This document shows, piece after piece, positions 22,738 through 35,679 of a stretch of DNA of 64,000 bases. The position numbers and the translations under genes were made by a program. The notes under the pieces were generated by a model, which made no database searches, was not told the DNA's origin, and was given only the letters and a program-made list of their open reading frames with translations. Position 1 is the first letter of the stretch, and each line of letters opens with the position of its first letter. Source of the stretch: Octopus sinensis (taxonomy: Eukaryota); assembly GCF_006345805.1 (NCBI RefSeq), contig NC_043024.1, positions 1,302,001 through 1,366,000 on the forward strand. Reading direction: 5' to 3'.

Positions 22738-24466
22738 CTGGGAGCTAGCAGAATCATGATTAGGGATATTTTATGTCTTTAGGGAGCTCAAATTCTGCCA
22801 AGGTCGATTTTGTTTTTCATCTTTTTGAGGTTGATGAATTAAGTACCAGTTACGCATGTAATCGATTTAATCCCTTCCCCCAAATTTGAGGCCTTGCGCT
22901 TCCAGTAGAAAGGATTATTATTATTATTATTATTATTATCACTCGCTTCTTTGACTGCTCCTTGAATAGCTAATGACCACCACCACTGCATACCTTTATG
23001 GATTATATTTTTCCTTCCCTAATGTTTGACATCTGTACACAACCAATCACGTCTTGAACTTTTCCTTTGGCCCTTTTCTTTACCTTTTTCTCATCACATT
23101 CAGATGTCTTCCTATCGTAACATTGAACCAGAAGCCTTGCGTATGTGTTTGTTTATGTGTGTGTATGTACGTGTATATACTTATGTATATAAATACTTGT
23201 ATATGTGCGTGTATGTTTGTGTTAGTCCCCCTAGCATTGCTTGACAACCGATGCTGGTGTGTTTATGTCCCCGTTACTTAGCGGTTTGGCAAAAGAGACC
23301 GATAAAATAAGTACTGGGCTTACAAAAAGAATAAGTCCCGGGGTCGAATTGCTCGATTAAAGGCGGTGCTCCAGCATGGCCGCAGTCAACTGACTGAAAC
23401 GAGTAAAAGAGTAAAGAGTATATGTGTAGTTGTATGTACGCTTATATTTACATATACGCGTGCGTGAGCATATGCATATATATATATATATGCATATATA
23501 TATATATACGTATGCATGTATGTATGTATGTGTGTGTGTATTTGCATGTGTCTTCCAAACTGTTGTTTCTGGTTTTATTGTCCCTTTTTTATCGTTATCA
23601 TTACTTCACTTGACAAGCCATTAATTAACAGCTAATTATCAACGATGTGATAATCTCTACTCTTGGCTCTGAGGAGTGTGCGAGATAATAATGATGACTG
23701 ATGACAATAACGACACCATAGCAGAATTGTTAGTACCTTGTGGTGTCCCAGTAGGGCCCACTTTGCCTTTCATCCCTCCAGGATCAATTAAGTACCAGTC
23801 ATATATTGAGGTCAGTAGAATCAACTAAACCCTTTTCCTCTCAAAATTGCTGGCCTTGTGCTTAAATTAGAACCTATTATTATTAATATTATTTTTAATG
23901 ATAATAATAATAATAATCTCACATAGGCAGGAATCTAGGTTTTTATGTGGAGATGTTGTGATGTTCATTCTTTTTTCTCTCTTTCTCTCTCAGTGAAGTT
24001 CTAGGAAGACATCAGAAATGTTTGGGGCCATTCATTTGGCCCCATTGGGAGCAGAAATCACTGATAACTGCCAGGAATTATTACATAATGATTTAAAGAT
24101 CCTTAAACATTCTTCTGACATCCATTTGTGGGTTCGTAGACGTGTGTGTGTTAAGCCACTGCAAGGAGTGTTTTGTTTCAGCCCTTGGCGTTCATCGAGG
24201 CGTGCAATCAGTGTTACCATTTCATCTGTGTCGGCATAAAGCTGTCAGTTCCTCTGTTGCATAATTAAATCTCACTGCTGGTTTATACCTCAGGTGTGGA
24301 CATCTCACCTGGGGGCTGAGATATCCCCATACCTGAGGTCAATTAATGAAGTACCAGTGAAACATTACAATAAATAAGGATAAGATCGTTAATTTAAAAA
24401 TAAAATAACGAACTTATCAAGTGGTCAGCATGGAAAAAAATAACCTTCAAAGGTAATAATTATTAA

Positions 24467-24646
24467 AATTATAAATTAGGGTATCTACAAGATACCACCA
24501 TGCTGAAAATAGCAGCCATGATCTGACTCTAAAACCACCTTAATTTGTCCCATGTTGATATATGGACAATTAAGGTGGTTTTAGAGTCAGATCATGGCTG
24601 CTATTTTCAGCATGGTGGTATCTCGTAGATACCCTAATTTATAATT
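24467..24646. repeat. ~80-bp-arm near-perfect inverted repeat adjoining (TA)n
   Basis: aattataaattagggtatctac...ccaccttaatt(t)gtcc / ggacaattaaggtgg...gtagataccctaatttataatt. Confidence 0.92.
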
Positions 24647-25004
24647 ATATATATATATATATATATTGTAATGTGAGATAATCTATCCCGTGTATTAACA
24701 AGTCATATTGTTGTTTTTAACCTCATAGTTAATATTAAAAGTGGTGGATGACGGATTATAGAAGTCGTACGATGTGCAAAATACCTGCCTTTGTAATGGG
24801 TTTCATTATATTTTATTCATTATCTGAATTACAATCCCCCTCCAGGGGTCAATACTGCCCCCCCCCCTTCTCTTATTATTGACTCGACCCACTTAAAAGT
24901 GTTTAGGAATGTTATGTTTACCTTTGTTTAAATCAATATTAATCACATAGTGGTTAACATTAATTCATTATTATTATTATTATTGTAGTTGTCGTTATTA
25001 TTAA

Positions 25005-25620
25005 GACGGCAGGCTGGCAGAATCGTTAGCACACTGGACGATTTTGGGGTCGATAAAATTAAGTACCAGTGAAATACTGGGGTCGATGTAATCAACTAGT
25101 CCCCTCCCCGAAAATTTCAGACCTTGTAGAAAGTAGAAAGGATTATTATTATTATTATTGAAGGTGGCTGGTTGGTAGAATTGTTAGTACGCTGGATGAG
25201 ATGCTCAGCGGTATTTTGCTCATTGCTAAATTCTGGGTTCAAATTCAACCGAGGTCAACTTTGCCTTTCATCCTTTTGGTGGGAAGGGTCGATAAATTAA
25301 GTACCAGGGAAACACTGAGGTCGGATAATTACCACCACCCCAATTTCAGGCCTTGTGCCTCTAATAGAAAAGATTATTATCATTATCATCATTATTATTA
25401 AGGCTAACAGAATTGTTGGCCTGCTGGACAAAAAAGCTTAGTGACATTTCAGTTGTCTTTATGTCCTGAGTTCAAATTCCACTGAGGTCAACTTTTCCTT
25501 TCATCTTTACAGGGCCGATAAAATAAGTACCAGTTATGCACTGGGGTCGATGTAATTGGCTTACCTCCTCTCCAGGAAATTTCAGGCCTTGTGCCTCTAG
25601 CAGAAACAATTACTACCACT
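25005..25620 (+). mobile_element. Head-to-tail cluster of three SINE family A copies
   Basis: Repeated heads at ~25005, ~25160 and ~25400, each separated by (ATT)n. Confidence 0.8.
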
Positions 25621-25857
25621 ACTTCATATATTCCTTGTAATCTATTACATTTGTTCTTATCCCTAATAATATCCCCTAATAGTATTCGACTAGGATTGAT
25701 CTGAAGTTCTTCTTACCCCTAACTCTCTTTCATTCCTTTTCCCAGTAAAAATTACTCTCCACTCGATGTCTCGTTACATAAAGAGCTCTCCTTCATCTTC
25801 CTCCTTTGACTCTGATACTTCTTTTGGTTGGTTTTCTATTTGCAGTTGTCGTCACTC

Positions 25858-26488
25858 AAGTCTTTAGCATTCAGACTCTTCACATTGTTTGAATTCAATT
25901 ATGCATTATCTCATAGCTTCGAAATTTCAATGTCGATGTTTATTTTCGGGGTTAAACTTGTAGGGTAGGTGTAAAAGACCGGATCAGGCTGATTTGAACA
26001 TAAAAAAACATGTAGAATATTTGGGGCTGGATAAGGGGCCGATTCAGCCCTTTAGCTTTTTTAGATTACTCTCTCAAATGTAATCCTTATTTATTCCCAT
26101 TGTCTTGAATTTATCATGGATTACCTGGTAGTTTATATATGTCAATGATATGATTGTTTATTTTTAGAATAACATTGTAGGATAGGTGTGAGAGACAAGA
26201 TCTGGCTGGCTCTATAATGTAGAATATTTGGTAGAATATCTGAGCTAGTTATGACCCATTTAATCCTTTAGTATTCAGATTATTGTGTCAAATGTAATTC
26301 TTATTTAATCCCATTGTCTTGAATTAATTAAGCATTATCTTGTAGCTTAGAGATTTCAACGATGCGATTGTTTATATTTCGAAAGACATTGTAGGGTAGG
26401 TGCGAGAGGCAAGATCTGGCCAAATTGAACATAAAACAGGTAGAATGTTTTGGGCCAGATATGGCTGGTTTGAATGCTAAAGGGTTAA
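25858..26488. mobile_element. Three tandem copies of a second piggyBac-type MITE (complete copy 26264-26484); others at 32968-33452, ~49750-49920, ~50120-50290, ~7830-7940
   Basis: TTAA|(T)CCTTTAGTATTC ... AATGCTAAAGGG|TTAA; shared internal gacattgtagggtaggtgtgagagg. Confidence 0.75.
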
Positions 26489-28234
26489 TAGCAAAAACCT
26501 GTGTTGGTATATAGGGCACGTATATGAACAGGGAATGGACGGCGACGGCTTCCGGCTGCATCGCGGCCAAAGCCAGAGACATCCACCTGTCGGCTGCTAT
26601 CCCTTAATATAGTCTGGACCCCCTTGGGGTGCGACGGTCACCTAAACTGTGACTGTTCCACGTGGTCTGACCCATAAATTTATGGGTCGGACCACATTGT
26701 GGTATTGACTGCTTGGATCACGCGGCAGCCTCCCATCGTTAGAAAACAAGCGAAGGTAATGTGGAATTAGTGGAATGGGTTTCATTCCGGATAAGATTCA
26801 TTGCAGAACTTACGGGCAGCTCTTAAGTTGTTGCGCTCCGAGGTCAACTTTGCTGGTCCTCCTCTTGCGCTTCGTAAGTACCATTGGTATATGTAGCTTG
26901 ATTGTGGCCTTGCGCTAATCGCATGATTTTTAGTGAAGGAGGGGTGTGGTTCATGATATTTATCACATTATAATAAATAGCTTATAATAATAATAATAAT
27001 TTTTGCACAAGGCCAGCAATTTAAGGGCAGTGTGGGGTGAGTCGAATACATCAACCCCAGTACTCAACTGGTACTTATTTTATTGGGGTCCATAAGGATG
27101 AAAATCAGCATTGACCTTGGCGGAATTTGAACTCAGAATAATAATAACAATAATAATAAGTTTGTGAGTTTTCGTACCTGTTTACCTGAACTCAAGAAAA
27201 ATCAGCAGTGAAATAAACATAACAATTCTCTTCTCTATTGAGATGGTAGTGATGACGACGACAATGATGATGATGATGACGACGATGGTGATGATGATTT
27301 TATAATTATTTTATAATTTTTTTTTTTTACTTAAAGCAGAGAAGACAGCGCTTTATGGTGTCTCGTTTTGTGCCTCATTGTTTCCAACCCCTTTACTGTT
27401 TGCTATCAACTAACATTTACCAGTAATTCAACTGGGCTCAACCCTTCTTCCCCGTTTCAAATTTGGTCTCTTTCCTAGTAAAAAAAAACAAAAAAAAAGA
27501 CATCTCCAATCTTGATAATTTCCTGAAGGTTTTTTTTTCCTAAAAAACCTTTCCACAAATTTCTCTAATTGGTCTTCAGAGTTGTCGTTAACAACTTCCT
27601 AATTATTGTTATCATTCTTGTTATTCTTCTTCATTTTTTTGTTCATTTTGTTGTTTTGTTTTATCCCCCCCCCTTCTTTCTTTTCACAATTTTATCTAAG
27701 AATTTTCTTCTTTCTTCTTAATAATTCTAAGATAGGACATTGGTGGGGCATTTTTACACATGTCTTTTTGGGGGGGGCTGGTGAGGGAGATTGTGGTTTT
27801 CTTAAATACTTAATGGCATTGGGGGGACGGGACGAAAAGACCTTGATAAGTAAATAATACCAGGGCGAGAACAAACCCTTTTTTTTCTTTCTAAAATGGA
27901 AACAAAGCTTTAGCTGTTTTTAAAATAATTTCTTGGTGTTGACAATATTTTCTACGGTTATTTCTACAAATATTTAACAAAACAAAAAATATTTCAATTT
28001 AAAAAAAAAAAAATGGCTCGACTTGGTTAGAAAAGCCAAATTTTTTTACATCTTTCTTATAAAATGCTCTTTCTTTTTTTTTATATCGGATAAAATATTT
28101 CAAACTGAACATTTAATTAATTTTTTTCTTAAAAAAAAAATGGGAAAAGAATCGTATGAAAGGAAAGAAACGAATGAAATTTTAATTAATTATCCGAATG
28201 AGGACTGACGTGAAAAAATGTTTTGTGCATATGT

Positions 28235-28424
28235 GTATGTGTGAGTGCAGTTTTCTATGTGTGTGTGTGAGTGCACTTTTCTATGTGTGTGTGTGAGTGC
28301 ACTTTTCTATGTGTGTGTGTGAGTGCACTTTTCTATGTGTGTGTGTGAGTGCAGTTTTCTATGTGTGTGTGTGAGTGTAGTTTTCTATGTGTGTGTGTGA
28401 GTGCAGTTTTCTATGTGTGTGTGT
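28235..28424. repeat. 26-bp minisatellite (gtgagtgcacttttctatgtgtgtgt) x7
   Basis: Unit starts at 28241, 28267, 28293 ... 28397. Confidence 0.92.
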
Positions 28425-29119
28425 ATGTCTGAATGTTGTTTTATGTGTGTGATTCATGGTTTTGTGTTTGTGTGTGTGGATGTGTTTCCATGTGTTAAAC
28501 TATTGGGCTAATTATTAATTTATTGTGACAAGACGTGTGGCAAGAAACCAAGGTGTCCTTAATCTTTTTAACAATTTTGCCATTTTTCTTCCTTGATCCT
28601 CTTCCTCCTCCTTCGTTCTCATCACTAACAGCTAATCTTATTCCAACTCACCTCTCAATGAAATCAGGATTATTCCCCTCCCGTTTTTCTCTGAAATGTT
28701 AAACTTCTTCTCTTGAATTTTTCCTCCCTCATCTCTTCTCCCTTTTGTGTTTATTCGTCTGACGAGGAACTGCAAGGATCCTGGCCTGAAAAAAGCTGCT
28801 CACAGTAGAATCGGTACCGTATCCAAGGAGGGAGAGAGAGCGAAAGAGGGAATGGTTATTGCTTCTCCCCAAGTTAGCCCAAGCTTGCAGACCTGTCGTC
28901 TGTGGCCATCCCATCTGTTATTCAGACCCACATTATCTCAGTATGTCCTTCCTTTTTTTTTTTTTTTTTTCTAGAGAGACAGTAAGATGTGATCTGATGG
29001 AGATTTGGCTGCTATTTCTAGCAGGTCTCTCATTGACTCAGGGAACAAAGTCGTTTCTCTTTGGTTTCAGAAACGACTTTCTTCAAGATTGTTTGCTCTT
29101 TTCTTTGACTGACAGAAGA

Positions 29120-29205
<86 letters not shown>

Positions 29206-29602
29206 GTGTGGAATAAATTAACATATATTAGCAGTGGGAAAGGTAGTGGTGTAGGTCAATGATAGCCATGATGTCGATGATGATAATGATGGTGATGGTG
29301 GTGATGAAGGTTCCTGGTTCAATCCAGTTTGACTGTCATACAGTTAGCTTTGTTTCTCGTATTTTTGTAAATTCCGTAAACTCTAAGGTCATCCATCTTA
29401 ACACTGCCCCTCCCCCACCAATTATTTTTTTTTTTTCGTCTTTCATAAAAAATTTCATAAAGAAATCAAAAACGAAAAAAAAAACTTATGTATAAACTGT
29501 TTGAAGATTTCTGGGTTTTTTTTAATGTAAAAAAGAATGTTTGGTTTGTGTGTGTGTTTTCAGATTGGAGATGTGGAAGCATTTGGAGTGTGATTGATAT
29601 AA

Positions 29603-29823
29603 CAGGGTGTCCATAAATTACCTTTACAATTTGACAGATTCACAAAAAATAAATAAATAAAGATAACTCTGCAGAGTTTGTAAGAAAACATTGACAAACA
29701 AATAAAGTTTTATTAGAAATAGTTCCATACGGGCAGCATTGGTTGCGAAGAGGTTGACTAGTAGATCTTAGCTTTAATAGGTACAAGGTGCAGAAGTTGT
29801 AAAGATAATTTATGTACACTCTG
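29603..29823. mobile_element. Tc1/mariner-type MITE, copy 1
   Basis: CAGGGTGTCCATAAATTACCTTTACAA ... TTGTAAAGATAATTTATGTACACTCTG|TA. Confidence 0.8.
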
Positions 29824-29899
29824 TAGTAATGATGGGGTAAAAGGACAGTATTAGGAGTAATGGAAGAGAGAGTGGAGGAAGAAAGTAATGAGAGAAATA

Positions 29900-30131
29900 C
29901 AAAGTGTCCATAAATTAGCTTTACAGTTTGAAAAATTCAGGAAAAAATGGAAAATAAAAATAAGTCGGCAGAGTTTATAAGAAAACATTGACAAACAAAT
30001 AAAGTTTTATTAGAAACATCAGAACACTTCCACATGGGCTCCATTGGTTGCAAAGAAGTCGATTGGTAGATCTCAGCTTTAGTAGGTACAATAAATTGCA
30101 GAAGTTGTAACAATAATTTACGAACACCCTG
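29900..30131. mobile_element. Tc1/mariner-type MITE, copy 2 (same family and orientation)
   Basis: TA|CAAAGTGTCCATAAATTAGCTTTAC ... GTAACAATAATTTACGAACACCCTG; internal sequence aligns with copy 1. Confidence 0.8.
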
Positions 30132-30607
30132 TTTGTGTGTGTGTGTGTGTGTCTACCTAGTAGGAGGGGGGTGGGGTGATGATCTTGTCTTGCTCTTTTT
30201 TCATGCTGATGTTTCTATCCACTTCAGAGAGAACTGCCAAAAGTTGTAACAATTAGAATATTGTAGACAGGTAAACAAAAAAAACATTACCTCATCATAT
30301 AAACAACACACACACATATTTGCTTAAGCCACATATATATATACATATACATACATACAGATACTTGAATCCTAATTTTAATGAAATTCTTTAGTTTCTC
30401 CCTGTTTCCCCTTAAATTTAGGATGTTTTAAACTCATCCTTATTGTAAGGCAGTAAACATCCCTTTACATCTTGAGATCAAATCCTGCCAGGGTCAGTTT
30501 TTTTGGCTTTCAGGGTTGGGGTTTTTTGCTTTGTTTGGTTTTTTTTTTTGCCCCCCACAAAAAAAAGAAAATTCATAAAATACCAGTCTTCTGTCAAAGT
30601 TGATTCA

Positions 30608-30638
<31 letters not shown>

Positions 30639-32967
30639 TATTATTATGTGATATCAAATTCTGTGATACACCAAAAAAGAGACTGACTTCAAGAATGTGA
30701 TAAAAACAGAAAGTTGGGGGACACAAGGGACATTATTCACAAAAAACAATAGAATTGCATACATATGTGTTATATATATATATATATTATGCATATTTTT
30801 TATTTGGAGTTTGTTTCATGTCTGGCAATTTTTTTAATAATCTTTATGCTTTTAGAAGTAAGAATATGATGATAGGTGATGATCAGTTTATTTAGCAGAT
30901 AAGAACTTTTTTTTCTCTTGTCTATGTATGATGTATTGCTAAGGGCAATACATCATATATATATACACACACACACATATATACATACACACTCCAGCTT
31001 TGGAGAGAGACTTTTGTGGTACAGAAACTCTTGGTCACCAATGTCCAGAGAAGGCCTTAGCGCTATATATATATGTGTGTGTGTGTGTGTGCATGTTTAT
31101 GTATGTATGTATGTATGTTTATATATGGATATATATATGTATATATATGTATATGTATATATACATTTATATATATGTGTATATACATATATGTATACAT
31201 TTATATATATGTGTGTGTATGTATATATATATATATATATATAAAGGTTTAGAAATGGGAGAAAAGGTGCGTGTTGCATGTAATAGTTTGTTTATTTCTA
31301 TGAAGTCAATTATGCGTGTCATTCCGTTGCTGCTCTGTGGTGCAACTGTTTGCACATAAGCAGCAGTGTATGAAATCGTCAGTTTTGTACTAACGTGTGT
31401 GTGTGTGTACCTGCAATTATGCAGCGATTGATGCACACATGCATATACAAAAAGAGATTGGGTGTGTGAGCAGAGAGTCATACGAAACATGTGAATGATC
31501 GAATATTGTCAAAGCCAAAGGTTTCAGGATCAAATCACGTTGGCAGTATTTTCACATTTTTCTCTCTTCATTTTCTCACTATTTTAGGTTTTCTTCCGTC
31601 TGTTCTATCTTTATAGAATTTCTCTTGGTAGTCTGTAAGTTATTTACTCTTTGGGTGGTGCTTACTTTGGGAATATTATTACGTGTGCCATTACAGACCA
31701 ACTCTGAGCTCAAATCAGGGTCAAGATCCAAAAGGTGTCTCAGGATATGTGGGAACTGCGTTTGAATTCTGCTCCCACATATCTAACCTTTGACCTTTTG
31801 GCCTCTCTAAGGTTCGAAGCTGGGCTCAATGCACCATACAAGAATGATAATCCTTTGATATTGGCTATTAAGTACCAATGACCAAGTGTTGGCTTTCCTC
31901 TGGTCAAGACATTTACCTCTGAAATCATCTCCTAGTAAATAGACTAGGTATCAAGGGAAAGTTCTAATCCAGTAATCCAAAGCCCTTTTCACTATCCTGG
32001 ACTCCTTGCATTGAAATTAATTTCCCCTTTGGGCCTTAGGCTTTTGACTGGGGTTTGTCTTCTTTGGTTGTTCAACCAAAGTCTCTGAAATCACACTCTA
32101 CCATTTTAAGAAATGAAGAACACTCGAATGAGTGTAGTCTTAGATGTATTAAAGGACAGGGTGATCATGGCTGGAATGCCTTTGGTCATAGCTCTGTTAA
32201 GTCACAACTCTACTGCTGTAGGCAGTAGTAGCACAGAGAAATTTATGAGTGTTTAGTAAGTTTGATGTGCAGAGTTCAACTCCTGCTGTAAGAATATAGC
32301 TTTAAGAAAAAGTTGGTGTCTGCTAAAGTAACTTCTAAATGTGGTTCTTTTGTGACCCTTCCGAATGGGGCACTGACCATCAGCCATAAACACAGCCACA
32401 CCATTTTCCCCCTTTATGTAGGCATATGTCACTACTTTAGCTTCTCTCTCTCTATATATATATATAAATATGAAAAGGCGGTAGTTAATAAAGGGAATCA
32501 CTGAATTTCGAGCACAGACATCCAACCATTTGTAACGCATTCATACCAGAATTTGTACAATCATTTCACCCATGTTTCTAGATGATGAAAATAATACAAA
32601 GATGCAGGGCAAGGCTGGGGTATTGATCACAAACAATTTTCTTGTGTTTTAATAATTATCTAGATCACATTTTTACGGGTGTTTTGGGTTTGTTTTTTTT
32701 GTTTTTTCATATCTATGAAACTGCTGACATAATACAATCCCCATTTTCTATAACATCATGTCTATTTTGGCAGGAAGGGTTTTGTGGGGTTATGTATTGT
32801 TATGTATTGGGGTGAGTAAAAAAAAAAAAAGTCAGATCCTTACCCTTTTTTTTTAAAAAAGTAAATTCTGTTTTAACTTGTCCCTTTCACTTGCGACAAT
32901 GGCAGATAGCAATTTCCTAATCCTTTGGTTCTTATACTTTGTTCAGCTAATTCTGTTAATCCCTTAA

Positions 32968-33452
32968 GCCTTTAGCATTCTGATTACTCTGTCAGATGTT
33001 CTACTTATTTATTCACATTGTTTTGAATTAGTCCTGCATTATCTCATACCTTTGAGATTTCAGTGATGTGATTGTTTATTTTTAGAATGATGTCGTAGCA
33101 TAGGTATGCGAGATCGAATCAGTTTGAGCGTGAAATAGAATATATTTAGGCCAGATATGGTTGTGCCAGTGCCGCCTGACTGGTTTCCCATGCCGGTGGC
33201 ACATAAAACGTCCCATTCGAGCATGGTGGTTGCCAGTGCTGCTTGACTGGCCCTCATGCCAGTGGCACGTAAAAATTAGCCACAACACTCTCAGATCGGT
33301 TGGCGTTGGGAAAGGTATCCAGTGTTAGAAACCTTGCAGAACAGATTGGAGCCTGGCACCGCCTCCTGGCTTGCCAGTCCTCCATCAGACTGTCCAACCC
33401 ATGCCAGCATGGAAGGCAGATGTTAAAAGATGATGGTTTAAATGCTAACAGG
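32968..33452. mobile_element. piggyBac-type MITE with a nested retroelement tail (~33160-33435)
   Basis: TTAA|GCCTTTAGCATT ... AATGCTAACAGG|TTAA; insert flanked by atggtt on both sides. Confidence 0.75.
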
Positions 33453-35679
33453 TTAAGTTTGCATTTCAAGAACAGAATACTAATTACTTGATTAGCTGAT
33501 CTTAATAGAACTATTAATAATTCAATTAATTATATCTTAATTATTTCGTTATTACTATTATATTCTTTTAAACACTAAATTGTTGGGGTTTTTTTAGGTT
33601 TTTTTTTTTTAATATTTCCAGTTTTTAAAGTTGATATGAACCCCCACAGGCTTTCTTTTCATAACTTTCCAATCTTCAACCTTTATTCCGCTGCTGCAGG
33701 TAGGAAAAATGACATCATCCCTCTGAAATAAAATAACGATGTAATGATTTGCTCAGTAATAACCCAGCCTCTCACCTCATCTTCAATAAACAATGCTATC
33801 TGAAGGAATGCATGAAGTTATGCATGAATGGATAACTGAAATGAAACCTTTTGACTGATTGTTATGGTTGCTTGGATGTATGCTTTTGTACATGTTAGTA
33901 AGTCATGCTTCATTGCTTCGGCACCTATGATGAAGTCTATGTTTCCTGAGATCTAATTAGACAGAAGCATATCCAAATTTGTCCCCCAACTACTTGCCTG
34001 ATTAATTAAAATTATTATTAGTTAATATTTTTTTTTTTTAATATTTCTTACATTAATTGTGCTGACGCTAACTTGATTAAAGATTAGATGTTTCAGTTAC
34101 TCAACATTGTCACTCAGTGCACCAGCATGGCCACAACATCACTGAATAAAGTGTGATGTGCAACCAAGAGCTGCTCAGAGTTTATTCAGTCACAGTCAAT
34201 CATTTCCTAATTAAAGCTTTGCTTCGTTAATTCTCTCAATTCTTATATTTTCCTCTTCACTGCGAAGAGGAATGCGTAAAGAATGGGACTCGTTAGATTA
34301 GCAACAAGAGGAAACTTTAATTAGGGTTGATCAATGATTATTTGAAGAAAACTTTTTAAATAAAAGATTTCTCCAGTTCATGTGAAGATTGCCAACCAAC
34401 ATGAAACTCTGAGTAACAGCTTTGATGAGATAATAGTTCAGTCTTAACCAAAAGTATTACTATTTGTGGCTTTATGGTCCTCCCTGAGGTTTTATGGTTA
34501 ACGTTTACCTTGTTTTGCATAAAATTACATATTCACACACACACACACTCATCAAACATTCATTTCACAAATTAGTTTAATGTCTTTTGAGGAAAATCTT
34601 GATGATGATTTCAGAAATTAAGAAACACTAATTAAATCTAATTAGATTATCTTTTAGATACAATAACTACCTCATTTAAAAAAAAAAAAAATAATAATAA
34701 TGTTGTGAATGAAAGAAGCTTTAACTATTAAAAGTCTGTGCCCCTCCCCTCTCTTTCTATCTCTCTCAAAAATCCCTTATAATTTGAAGTGTTAAAGAGG
34801 AGTACCCTGAGTCCAAGCAACGTGGCAGGGTGGGTACCTCTTGCAAGTCTTATTCTTTTGCTGTACCTCACAGTTCTTATGAATTTCCAAAAGAAAAATC
34901 TTTGAAAAGCATAATTATTCACGATTATCAATTTCATACATTTTCTTCCATTTCCTCTCTTCTTTCTATGAAATTGCACACCCTTGAACCGCCACCCAGG
35001 GTGCATTACGTTCGTCTTTCATTGAGGTTTTTGTTGTTCTGTAATATCTATTTTGTTTATCTTAGAATTTAATCCAGGACGAAGGTGTGATGTGGGGGAA
35101 AATGTGAATGGTGTATGAATTAGGCTTCTATTCATGGTTCATATGTTTTTAAAACATCTGTTTCTGATATTCCATTGTGTTTGGGGACAAGAATCTAAAT
35201 TCTTTGTGTCCCAGGTCTGAAAACTGGGTGCAGATATTGTGACCAGATTGTCTGAGAATGGTACTTGAAATAAGACTGATATCTGCTTCTGGAGATGGTG
35301 TGTGTGTGTGAGACGTCTTGTGTAACAGTAGTGGTCTTGCATTTGGTTGCCGATGTCTGGTCCTTTGTGCCTTGTAGAAACCCCATTCATGATGCTGTCT
35401 TGTAAGTTGAGTTTTTGTAGAAGGAAGAAACCTGGGCACAGCTGTTGGTTAGCATGAATGCTTTAACATAGACATTTAACGTATCTGATGCTTAACATAG
35501 ACATTTAACATTTCACACAGCCGATGGTTGACATGGATTTTGCAAGTCGAGTGAAGGTTTGCTGTAAAACTCATGTATCAGGGTCCTCTTTGGTTCCAAG
35601 TATAACTGTTGCCAACCCAAATTAAGTCCTTGACTGTAACTAAATGCTTTATTAATATTACTGAAGTCTAACCAGTGAA

